A DNA stretch of 64,000 nucleotides from an uncultured Planctomycetota bacterium (GTDB lineage: Bacteria > Planctomycetota > Planctomycetia > Isosphaerales > Isosphaeraceae). This document shows positions 1-9,374 of this stretch, one piece after another. Both the position numbers and the translations under genes were made by a program. How positions within the stretch are numbered: the stretch's first letter is position 1; each line of letters starts with the position of its first letter. Location: assembly GCA_963823665.1 (NCBI GenBank), contig CAWGMQ010000004.1:352001-416000 (forward strand), given 5' to 3'. Below the pieces are notes generated by a model, which saw only the letters and a list, made by a program, of their open reading frames with translations, was not told the DNA's origin and did not search any database.

Positions 1-523
1 CCGCACCGAACTCCGTTCCGCTCGTCTTGTTGATCTCGTCGACGAGCTTTGTCGCCAGATCCTTCAGGATTGGTGTGAGCGGATAGTGCTTTGCCTTCGC
101 GTCCCATGAAATATTTGTTATATCGGCTGAGATCGTATCCGTGTCGCTGAACTTGAAGAGGATCACGACTTCGAGTTTCGTTGGGATGATACCTGAGGCG
201 CTCGTCGCGACGATGTTCAACTGGGAATCGGTGGTTGGGGCTCCGCCGTTGATTTGGAAGAAGCCCGCGGTCGTCGTCGACTTACTCTCCGCATACTCGA
301 ACTTCAAGACACTTTTCTTGTCGACGCTGTAGTCAGACGCCGCGGCGTAGGCCGGCGCGTCAGGGGTAGTTGGTTTGGGCGTCGACGTACTGGGCTGGCC
401 AGTCGTCGTAGACTGAGTCTGCGCAGAGCTTGATGTTGCACTCAAGAAGGACAACGCGAATGCGAATGCCGGAACCGCGCGGCGCAGCCCAGTTAGTAAC
501 ACGTTGTATCGCCTGGTAGTCAT
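1..523 (-). CDS. Secreted hypothetical protein, running off the window start (absent from the ORF track)
   Basis: Manual translation from ATG at 523, with GAGGTG SD-like site upstream: MTTRRYNVLLTGLRRAVPAFAFALSFLSATSSSAQTQSTTTGQPSTSTPKPTTPDAP...; signal-peptide-like N-terminus, S/T/P linker, no stop before position 1. Confidence 0.7.
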   Translation of the reverse strand, partial: MTTRRYNVLLTGLRRAVPAFAFALSFLSATSSSAQTQSTTTGQPSTSTPKPTTPDAPAYAAASDYSVDKKSVLKFEYAESKSTTTAGFFQINGGAPTTDSQLNIVATSASGIIPTKLEVVILFKFSDTDTISADITNISWDAKAKHYPLTPILKDLATKLVDEINKTSGTEFGA

Positions 524-899
524 TCCCACCTCGATCGTTCACCGACCCGAAAAGGCGCTCGTAAAGACTGCGACGCCAACCCGAATTAAACATGCCGGAT
601 TTTCCTCTCAAGTCAAATGGCTGGCGGGGCTTCTGCTACTTTCCTGGGTGATACCAGAACTGTCCGGCAGCGACAGTCGGCGGCGCTCGCTCGCAAATGG
701 CCACACCGCGTTCATGAGAGAAGCTCGCGAGGATAGCCTGCATGCGAAGGATGGCGAAGGGCTTGTGCGCAGGCTGCGTCATTGATACATTCGGCATAAT
801 GCGGAAAATCTTACCATTCGGTACAACTTATCGCCTTGGTTCGCTGGGATGGAGCGGGTGGCATTGTCTTACTAGAGATAGTCTTTCGCGGAGTTTCCG

Positions 900-1937
900 A
901 TGCGATCGCGCCTGATCCTGCCGACGCTCGTGGTTGGCGCACTTCTCCTCGTTGCGGGGCCATCGATCCAAGCGTGCTGCTGGCTCCGCGTTCCGCGGTG
1001 GCATTTCCGATGTCTCAGTCCCGCGCCGTGCCCGCGACTCTGTTACGACGGGAACAGGTTCGGCCAGCGTAGCGTGTCGGCTTGCGCAGATACTCGCGTG
1101 TACCAGTCGTCGGTGGATTGCGTTCCGCGGGAAAACTACCAGGCTAAGGCGTCTGAAAACTTGCTAGCGCCTGGTAGAACCCTGCCGGCCGTGAACAATA
1201 CGATCGCTCCGGACACCCCCGTCGCAGTTTTACCCCGCGCAAATTGGCCTGAGGATCCATCGACGTTTGCGGCATCTATCGCCTGGGGTGACGGGCAGAA
1301 GAGCGATGGCCGGCTGTTCCTCGATTCAGGTGGTGGGTTCGCAGTCCTGGGCGGTCACGATTACGGGGCCGCAACTGCGGCTGGTTCCAAGCCGGTAACG
1401 GTTACGATCACCAGACAAAACGGCCAGATCGTCAGAGTCGTGGACAGCATAGCGAGCCTTTTGCCGGCACGCGCAGCTGCGCCGCCCGCGACGACTGGGT
1501 CGCAGCCCGCCGATCCCGCGGTGAAGCCCGCGAAAGCCCCCGACGCAAAGCCGCCCGCAGACCCCGAGGTAGACCCGCCCGGTGGCCGGAAGGCAGAGAA
1601 GGCAAAGGAGGGCGCGGCCCTGTCTCGTTCGGTCGACGCCGAGATCGCCGCGATCCGGCGCTCGTTCGAAGAGCCGGCATCGGGCACCTCCCAGACGGCG
1701 CGCCTGGTCACGCCGCGGACGGTCGACGATGAGATCGCGGCGATCCGGCGCTCGTTTGACGAGCCGGTAGCGATCGCCCGTACGCGACCGGCGCTTCCGC
1801 TCAGCAAGCAAACGGTTGATGCTGAGATAGCGGCGATTCGGCGCACGTTCGACGAGCCCACATCGGCCGTCGCCGACACGAAACCGCTGCCTGCTGATGC
1901 TTTGCGAGTTCTAGTATCCCGTGCCGACACCGATTAG
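900..1937 (+). CDS. Secreted protein with PKD/Ig-like segment and three C-terminal helical repeats
   Basis: Hydrophobic N-terminus; FAASIAWGDG...HDY...VTVTIT resembles a PKD-like motif; three copies of VD(A/D)EIAAIRR(S/T)F(E/D)EP. Confidence 0.65.
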   Translation: MRSRLILPTLVVGALLLVAGPSIQACCWLRVPRWHFRCLSPAPCPRLCYDGNRFGQRSVSACADTRVYQSSVDCVPRENYQAKASENLLAPGRTLPAVNNTIAPDTPVAVLPRANWPEDPSTFAASIAWGDGQKSDGRLFLDSGGGFAVLGGHDYGAATAAGSKPVTVTITRQNGQIVRVVDSIASLLPARAAAPPATTGSQPADPAVKPAKAPDAKPPADPEVDPPGGRKAEKAKEGAALSRSVDAEIAAIRRSFEEPASGTSQTARLVTPRTVDDEIAAIRRSFDEPVAIARTRPALPLSKQTVDAEIAAIRRTFDEPTSAVADTKPLPADALRVLVSRADTD

Positions 1938-2085
1938 CCGCGGTTTGCCTGTCCGTTGATCTTCGGCGCGATGTTCGTCGCGCTCAGATTCTCGGTCCGC
2001 GCAGATCGACACGGGCTTTCTTGGCACCGTGAACCACTTCGCCGCCCGCTTCGACGTCCACCACCTCCGATGCTCTCGGTCCACT

Positions 2086-2459
2086 TCAACTGTGATCGCT
2101 GGGCTCTGCACTCGTGTCCGGCGGACGGATCCGCACGCGGCCTGGAAGCGCGGTGACGACGGCCCCAGCTTGCAGTTCGGGGCCGTGTGTTGACAGGATG
2201 TGCTGGATAACACGGGCTGCCGGGCCGCGAAACCAGCGATTCTGAGGAGCCCGCAGTGCTGCAGCCCCATTACGATCGCGAGCTCACCGAAGTCCTTGTC
2301 CAGCGTTACCAAAATACGCCCTTCGCGATGAGCGATGGCCATGATCTCCTCATCTCCTGGATCTGTGTCCCATTCGTCGGACCAGAGGACGTCATGGCCA
2401 TTCGACCGCAGCTCCGGAGCCGCGCCACCCCAGACGCACGAATCGAGCAGGAGCTTCAA
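2086..2459 (-). CDS. DUF5615-family PIN-like toxin (one frameshift near 2218)
   Basis: MKLLLDSC...D.GDEEI...EGRILVTLDKDFGEL; the alternative frame gives a family-like end ARVIQHILSTHGPELQAGAVVTALPGRVRIR...stop at 2086. Confidence 0.8.
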
Positions 2460-2707
2460 TTGGCGCCTTCCAGGACCAGGGGCTCGATACGCTCATGGCC
2501 GACATGGTTCCGCGCGAACATCAAGCAAGCGCGAATATCTTCGGGTTCGAGCCAAGGATACCCCTCCAGAATCGTTTCAGGCGTATCTCCGGCCGCCAGC
2601 ATATCCAGCACGTGTTCCACGGCAAGTCTGCGGCCGCGGACGATCGGCTTACCGCCGAAAATGTGCGGGTTGACGGTGATTCGACAAAGCAAGTCGTGTT
2701 CGTTCAC
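2456..2707 (-). CDS. DUF433-family antitoxin-like protein
   Basis: RITVNPHIFGGKPIVRGRRLAVEHVLDMLAAG.T.E.IL..YPWLE.EDIRACL; overlaps the DUF5615 start; GTG start at 2707 assumed. Confidence 0.88.
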   Translation of the reverse strand: MNEHDLLCRITVNPHIFGGKPIVRGRRLAVEHVLDMLAAGDTPETILEGYPWLEPEDIRACLMFARNHVGHERIEPLVLEGAN

Positions 2708-2923
2708 AGCAGAAGCTCCGCGAACTTGTATCTCGAATCTCACGCGATCTTGAAAACCCGCTCGAAGTCAGCGTCATTGTAACCTGCCGTCCACCTCCGA
2801 GCACACGCAAACCCGCCTTGACCCCCACGCCAGGCCCGGTACGCTGGCGCCTCGCTCGAACTAAACCATACAGAAACCGGTCCTGGGTTCCTAAAACCAC
2901 ACCGGCTCGAAACCGCTTTCCTC

Positions 2924-2951
2924 TTGACGAATCCGACGTCCAGATCATACT
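2924..2951 (+). promoter_or_regulatory. Possible sigma70-type promoter for hldE
   Basis: TTGACG-N16-CATACT about 225 bp upstream of the hldE start; consensus resemblance only. Confidence 0.3.
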
Positions 2952-2979
2952 TTGCAGCGAAACCAGGTGGCTTGCTTTT

Positions 2980-3131
2980 GCCGGGTGGGTACAACCCACC
3001 GTGTCGGAGCGGCAAGCGGCGGTAGGGGGATGGAGCGCGAGGCCGGAGGTAACCGGCATACAGAATCGGTGGGTTCCACCCACCCTACGGACGGCCGGTT
3101 TCCTTGCTCGTAGGGTGGGTGCAACCCACCG
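2980..3131. repeat. Cluster of three GTAG-type REP-like palindromes
   Basis: GCCGGGTGGGTACAACCCACCG (2980), CGGTGGGTTCCACCCACCCTACG (3067, inverted) and CGTAGGGTGGGTGCAACCCACCG (3109); the same motif recurs at 23883-23945. Confidence 0.7.
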
Positions 3132-3176
3132 TATCAAGAAGGATCGCCGTTTCCGCGGTAAGGGAGTACCCGGGGC

Positions 3177-4855
3177 ATGAGGCATGACTTGATCCGGCGG
3201 CTCGAGGGGCTCGGCCATCCGCGCGTTGTGGTCATCGGCGACCTGATCCTCGACCGTTACATCTGGGGGTTTGCCGAGCGAATCAGCCAGGAAGCCCCCG
3301 TCCCGCTCTTGCGGGCCGATCAGCGCGAGCATCGCCTGGGGGCGCTGCCAGCGTCGCAACCATGCTGCGGGCACTGGGCGCGGAGGTCACGCTCGCCGGC
3401 GGCGTTGGCTGCGATGCCGAAGCCGAACTGGTTCGGCGGATGCTCCTGGTGCAGGGGATCGACGACCGGCTGGTGCTGCCCCTGGACGATCGGCCAACCA
3501 CGCTCAAGGAGCGCTACATCGGCCGGGCGCAAGACCGCCACCCGCAGCAGATGATCCGCGTCGACTATGAAAAATGCGACCCGGTGCCGGCACTGTTCGA
3601 AACACGCCTGCACGGCGAGCTCGATGCCATACTCGCGCAGGCGGACATCGTCCTGGTCTCGGACTATGGCAAAGGCGTCTGCACTCCAACACTCCTGCGC
3701 ACCGTCATCGAAAAATCCCGGGCGGCCGGTAAGTGCGTGCTCGCCGACCCGATCCGGTCGAGCGACTACAGCCGCTATCGCGGCGTGCACTGCATGACCC
3801 CGAATCGGCTCGAAGCGCAGCTCGCCACCGGAATGACGATCGCCCGCGCCGAAGACGCGATCCGGGTCGGGCAGAAGCTGGTGGAAAGCCTCGAAATGGA
3901 GGCCGTACTCGTCACCCTTGACCGCGAAGGAATGGCACTCGTGCGCGCCGACGGCCGCGCTGAAGTGCTGCCGACCCGGCCGCGACAGGTCTATGACATC
4001 ACCGGAGCCGGCGACATGGTGCTCGCCGTCGTCGGCCTCTGCCTGGCCAGCGGCGCTGACTACGCGGAAGCCGCCGCTCTGGGCAACGTGGCCGGTGGGC
4101 TCGAGGTCGAGAAGTTCGGCGTGGCCCTCCTGACTCGCGAGGAGATCCACAACGACCTGATCGAACACCACCCATCCGAAGGCGCCAAGGTACTCGACCG
4201 CGATCACCTCAAAGCGGAAGTGCTGCGGCGGCAACGGGCCGGTCAGACCATCGGCTTCACCAACGGTTGCTTCGACCTCCTGCATCCGGGCCACGTGCGT
4301 TTGCTGCGCGAGGCAGCGGGCCATTGCGATTTTCTGGCCGTCGGCCTGAACTCCGACGCAAGCATAAAACGTCTGAAGGGCCCCAGCCGCCCGATCAATC
4401 CGGCCGAAGCGCGCGCCGAGGTCTTGAGCGCCCTCGAAGCCGTCGATGCCGTGACGATCTTCGATGAAGACACCCCGCTCGAGCTGATCAGCGCCATCCA
4501 GCCCGATGTCCTCATCAAGGGAGGAGACTACCGCCCCGATCAGGTGGTCGGCAGAGACGAAGTCGAAGCCACGGGTGGCCGCCTGGTGATCGTCCCGCTA
4601 TTCGAAGGCCACTCCACGACCGGCATGGTCAACCGCGCGTCCGAACGCGAAGCCACGCCGCACGGCGGCAGAGCGGTCCCACCGCCGCACCACACTCGAG
4701 CAGGGGCGCAGGCCCCCTTGGCGCACAGGTGGAACTTCGCCGTAACCGGGGCTAGAATGCGATCTAGTCCGAGTATTTCCCGTGGCCGAAAGCCTCACCG
4801 GGAATGCGACTCCCGGTTGCTCCGATCATTCGCTCGTCATGATGGACGTGTGTGA
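3177..4855 (+). CDS. hldE: Bifunctional heptose-7-phosphate kinase / heptose-1-phosphate adenylyltransferase (frameshift in G-run near 3340)
   Basis: VVVIGDLILDRY..G..ERISQEAPVP, PfkB motif DITGAGD, and cytidylyltransferase-like FTNGCFDLLHPGH, GLNSD.S..RLKG..RP, KGGDY. Confidence 0.93.
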
Positions 4856-6033
4856 AGCCGATCTCGCGAATCCGAACGCCCCGGACAAAACGCCTCTCCT
4901 GGCTCTTGCTGGGCGCGGGGGCAGTCGGCGGGCTCATTGGTCTTTCAGTGACCGTGAGTTTGATCAGTGGTTCGCGCGAGCAAATGCGGAGCCAGGCCGA
5001 GGCAGCCGCACGCGGCGGTGATTGGGGCAGGGCCCTCAAGATCTGGCGGGAGATCAATTCGAGTGACGGTGCGAACGGGCTTTCGCACCTGGGCGAAGCG
5101 CGGGCTTCCCTAGCACTGAGCCGGGCGTTCCAGAGCGAACAGGCTTTGCGGCGCTCGGTTGCCGCCGATCCCGATAACCTCGAATCCTGGCAACTATTGC
5201 TCCAGATCCTGCGGGTCGAAGATCGAGCGCTCGATGCATCACGGACCGGCTGGGAGGCTTATGGAAGCGTACGTCCCGAATCGCGCGCCACCGTGCTGAA
5301 GGAGCTGACGCTCGGTCTCCTGGCCGAGCTGCCCGATGATGACGTCAGGAGAACTCTGCGGCGATGGATCGATGCCGACAAGAACGACCTTGATGCCCGG
5401 GTTGCACTGATCGAGCGGATGGCAATTCAGCCGCGCGCCGGCGATCCCGACCGCGCGACTCTGCTGGCCGACCTGGAAACGATCGTCGCGGAGCACCCGG
5501 ACCACATCGCAGCCCGGGAGGCACTCGTGACCGCTCTCGCCGATGCCGGCGAGCCCGAGCGAGGACGTGCGATCCTGGGCGAGTGGCCCGCGAGCGCTCG
5601 CGATTCTCGATACTGGCGTCTTCTCGGCCGCTGGAACCTCGAATACGACGACCGGCCCGCGGAGGCCGCGACCGCATTTCGCACCGCTCTCGAGGAGGCA
5701 CCCCAGGACTGGCGCTCGTGGTACCGGCTCGCCCGCGCCCTGCGCGCGCTCGGCCGCGAGGAAGAAAGCCGCCAGGCTGCCGACACCGTTCGTCGAATCC
5801 GCGGGGCACTCGATCCGCTTCAGTTGCGACCGTTGCTCGACGAAAGCCTGCGACACCTCGGCGACCCGGCGTCACTTGAAAAACTCGCCGCTCTCTGCAA
5901 GCGCGCTGGTCTGGCTCGCCTGGGCGACGCGTGGGACAAGGAGGCGGAGAGCGCTTCACGAGGTGCGGGCACAGGGGCCTTGGAATCGCCCGAAGCCGCC
6001 GGTGGCCGCGACACGCGCCTCTCGGTTCCATAA
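4852..6033 (+). CDS. TPR-repeat protein with N-terminal membrane anchor
   Basis: Hydrophobic N-terminal segment, TPR-like helices (WYRLARALRALGREEE); GTGA overlap with the hldE stop. Confidence 0.75.
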   Translation: MKPISRIRTPRTKRLSWLLLGAGAVGGLIGLSVTVSLISGSREQMRSQAEAAARGGDWGRALKIWREINSSDGANGLSHLGEARASLALSRAFQSEQALRRSVAADPDNLESWQLLLQILRVEDRALDASRTGWEAYGSVRPESRATVLKELTLGLLAELPDDDVRRTLRRWIDADKNDLDARVALIERMAIQPRAGDPDRATLLADLETIVAEHPDHIAAREALVTALADAGEPERGRAILGEWPASARDSRYWRLLGRWNLEYDDRPAEAATAFRTALEEAPQDWRSWYRLARALRALGREEESRQAADTVRRIRGALDPLQLRPLLDESLRHLGDPASLEKLAALCKRAGLARLGDAWDKEAESASRGAGTGALESPEAAGGRDTRLSVP

Positions 6034-6122
6034 CTCACTAAGCGTACTTGCTTTGCACCTGAGAACGCAGCAACCATGGAGGACGAGGGTTAAGATCCTT
6101 TCGCGGCCATGGAGCGAAAGCC

Positions 6123-6386
6123 ATGACGATCAGCTTCGAGATACCGCAAGAGATCGAGCAGCAGGTCCGCATCAACGGGGCGGACCTCGACAGGGAAGCG
6201 CGAGAGTTATTCCTCGTCGAGCTCTACCGGCAGGAGCGAATCACCCATTACCAACTAGCCGAGGCTCTGGGGCTGAGCCGCTACGAGACTGACGGCGTTC
6301 TCAAACGGCACAAGGTCTGGCTCGAGTTGACTTCTGAAGAGTTGGCGGATCAAGCAGCCTCCCTTCAAGAGGCGCGGCCAAGATGA
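6123..6386 (+). CDS. UPF0175-family antitoxin-like protein
   Basis: LVELYRQERITHYQLAEALGLSRYETDGVLKRH; ATGA-coupled to the downstream PIN gene. Confidence 0.8.
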   Translation: MTISFEIPQEIEQQVRINGADLDREARELFLVELYRQERITHYQLAEALGLSRYETDGVLKRHKVWLELTSEELADQAASLQEARPR

Positions 6387-6897
6387 TCGTTGTGTCCGAC
6401 ACGACGCCGCTCAATTACCTCATCCTGACCGAGACAGCTCATGTGCTTGCCGCAATCTTTGGGCAAGTCTATGCCCCATCTGCGGTGTTTGATGAGCTTG
6501 CGCACGCGAAGAGCCCAGAAGCTGTTCGGACGTGATCGGGAAGCCCGCCTGCATGGCTCATCATCCAAGATCCGGCGCATGTCGGGCCCTCGAAACTTGG
6601 CCGCGGAGAGGCGGCAGCAATCTTCCTGGCCCTGGAATTGAAAGCGGACCGGGTTCTCATTGACGAGCGCGACGGAAGCAGGGAAGCAGGGAAGCAACGA
6701 GCCGCGGCCTGACAGTGGTCGGCACGCTCGGCATACTCGAGGAAGCCGCGAAACGCGGGCTCATTGACGTCGAACAAAAGATCAACGAACTGAGGGCGAC
6801 GAATTTCCGGGCGAGCGAGAAGCTGTATCAAGCGGTCCTTGAACGTGTGAGAGAATTCGAGCAAGACCGAGAGAAGAAGCTCACAGCCGGGGAGTAA
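6383..6897 (+). pseudogene. DUF3368-family PIN-domain gene, disrupted
   Basis: MIVVSDTTPLNYL...LGRGEAAAI.LALELKAD.VLIDERDG...GLTVVGTLGIL...NFR; in-frame TGA at 6533-6535 and an 8-bp duplication at 6674-6697. Confidence 0.8.
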
Positions 6898-6950
6898 AAA
6901 CCGATAGCGGTCCCCTTCCCCTCGCACAGTAGTCGCTCGAACAACGCGTC

Positions 6951-8080
6951 TCAATCATTCACCGCCGTGCCCGGGCTCGTGTCTCCCTCGGCAAGCTCGC
7001 GCAGGAATTCGAGCGCCTCGTCCAGCTCGCAGACGGCCGCGCCGCGCACCCTCCCGCGGCGGTCCAGCTCATAGAGCAGCATGAGATCATCATAATATTC
7101 AGACTCCTGGAGCCTTGCTCTCGCCTTGGCGCCCAGCGTGCCTGCGCAGTGCCTGGGCGTCCATGTGGTGGGCAATCAGCCACTCCGTGCGCTCGGTGAT
7201 CGAGCCCTCGAGCGCCTGCAGCGCGGCCGCCACATGATCTGACGGGTCGATCGCCTTGCCGACGTCGTGCAAGAGCGCCGCCAGCAGGAGCTCCTCGTCG
7301 TACGGACAGGTTTCCCGCGCCAGCTCGAAAACTTGCAGGCTGTGGTAGAGAGCGTCGCCCTCCGGGTGATGCTTGGGGCTCTGCTTTACGCCTTCCAGCG
7401 GCTCGAGCAGCATGCGGTAGAGCAAGTAAGGGTCGATCTGGTCCTCGACTCGTTCGACCTCGCGCTCCAGATCGATCTCGGGATATTCCTCCCGCAGCAG
7501 CGCTTCCAGCTCGGCGATCGAGGCCCGCTCGATCGCCTTGCCCGTGATCGAGCTCTTGAAGACGTACGAGAGTTTTTCTTCTGGGTAGAGCGTCAGCTCG
7601 AAATTATTAGCATCGTAAACGTGGATGTGAGTGAACGACCGCTCCTCGCCATGCTTGACGATTCGCTTGTGCTCGACGTCGTACTGCACGCCCAGCTCCT
7701 CGAGCGTGTCGGTGACGAGGGCCTGGCTGTCGCAGAAGATGTGGATGTCGATGTCCGACCCCTTGCGCACATGCCCCGTGCGGCACGCTGCCGATCAGCC
7801 GGGGCCGGAACCGCGCCAAGAGCCGCATCAGCCGCAGCGCGTCGAGCCGCATGTCGCGCAGGGTCTCGAGCCGCTTCGGCCCCTCGTGCATGCGGGCCAT
7901 GGCCTGGATCTGGTCGCGGATCTCGCGGTTGCCAGGCAGGTCGGCGGGTCGATGACGATACTCGACTCCGAGCTGCTTGGCGGCTTTTCTCTTGGCGGTG
8001 AAGTACTCGGTTTCGGTCCTGTGATACATCATCTGCGCAGCCAGAAAGGCGATCTGGCGGCGAATGCGTTCATCAGCCAT
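6951..8080 (-). CDS. Nucleotidyltransferase-like plus HD-domain protein (frameshifts near 7785 and 7140)
   Basis: Joined fragments show RLIGSV..GH.RKGSDIDIH (Pol-beta-type NTase motif), then HHPEGDALYHS...ALLHDVGK...LIAHHM...DRRGR (HD motif). Confidence 0.8.
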
Positions 8081-8424
8081 GGAGGAAAGTGCGCCGATTT
8101 AAGCCCATCAAGGCGGCGCCGGGCGATGGAATGCGACACGAGCGGCGAGTCGCGATCAGTCGCGACGCAAACGAAGCAGATGAAACGACAGCTTCTGCCT
8201 CTTTAACGATAGCCGCGCAGGCTCGGCCGGTCAACGCGAGCAGAGGAATTGCACGAGCGATTTCGAGCGACGTGCGGCTCCGGTTGGCGAGCCTTCCTTC
8301 CTTATCGGATTGTGCGATGTCGCGAATTCTGCTTTCGATTCATCTTTTGTCAATCGCGTGTGATAATGAACGAGTTGCGCCGCCGGAAACGCAGTTGGCA
8401 CCTTTCTGAACGCGAGGCAGGCTG

Positions 8425-9227
8425 ATGGCCGGGGGTCAAGCCAAAAGAGAGTCGGAGAGGGTCGACGAGCCGGTTTACGTGTTTCGCGAAGGGCCCTCCG
8501 TACGACTCGCGCGGTGGCGCGCCGCCATCGCGCGTGGGTGCAGGCCGGGACCGCCGCACTCGCGGCCGTGCTGGCGACAATAGCCACGCTCGCGGTCGAC
8601 AGCGCGCGCCGATCCGAGCGGGATGCGCGCGCCATGGCCACGCTCGCCCTGCGCGTGCAAAGTGCCGCCAACGCTCAGGCCGATGCCGAGGTCAAGCAGG
8701 CCAACATCGCGTTCTCGAAACAACTGGCCACGTTGCATGGCAAGATCGGCGAGCTCGAGCTCTCGCTTGGGCACCGCGCGGAGGCGATCAAGGCGCTTGA
8801 ATCGGCAGAAGAGCTCCTGGCGCGTAACGCTGAGCCCAACCCGGACCTATCGACCGTTCGCAACCGGCTCGCGATCGTGCGCAACGGAGTCGCCATGGCA
8901 CTCCGCGACGTGGGCCGGCACGTCGAAGCGCGAGCCGCCCTCGAGAAGAACCTCCGCCTTCTCGAGCGCCGGAGCGAGCTTGTGTCCCCTGAGATCTATC
9001 AAATCGCCAGGGCTTATGCGATCCGGTCCTCGCTCGATGACAATATCGGCGGACAGGATCACGACGCCCGGACCGCGATGGCGAGCCTTCGCCGCGCGAT
9101 AGCAGCCGGGTTTTGTAATTCGTCCGAGCTGCGAGCCGACCCAGCCCTCGACCGAATCCGCGATCGATTTGACTTCCGTCTCTTGCTCATGGATATGGAG
9201 TTCCCCGCCGAAGTCTTCCAACCTTGA
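8425..9227 (+). CDS. Membrane-anchored TPR protein resembling an STK C-terminal tail without a kinase domain (frameshift near 8517)
   Basis: MAGGQAKRESERVDEPVYVFREGPSVRLARW/ARRHRAW, a TM helix, TPR helices, and terminal AMASLRRAIAAGF...DPALD.IRDR.DFRLLLMD..FP, matching the kinase at 49135-52507. Confidence 0.65.
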
Positions 9228-9374
9228 CGGGCCAGAACGTCCATTCATCTTTCCAGGTTGGGCGGCCCAGCGGACTGAAGAATTCGAGATTGGAAACGCC
9301 GCCGCCGGGAAGTACATGGAAGATCAATTGCCACAGAGGTATTTTGGCCGCCGGCACGGGAGGGAGCTTCTACC

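Noticed and set aside
1626..1859. ~50-bp repeats with variable spacers as a CRISPR-like array
   Set aside because: Differences are mostly synonymous and the unit lengths (90 and 93 bp) keep the frame, so this is a protein repeat.
3330..3362. Programmed frameshift or pseudogene in hldE
   Set aside because: The break sits in a G-run and similar indels occur throughout the window, so sequencing error is more parsimonious.
2649..3374. 241-aa minus-strand ORF across the REP cluster
   Set aside because: Overlaps hldE antisense and translates the palindromic repeats; no protein-like features.
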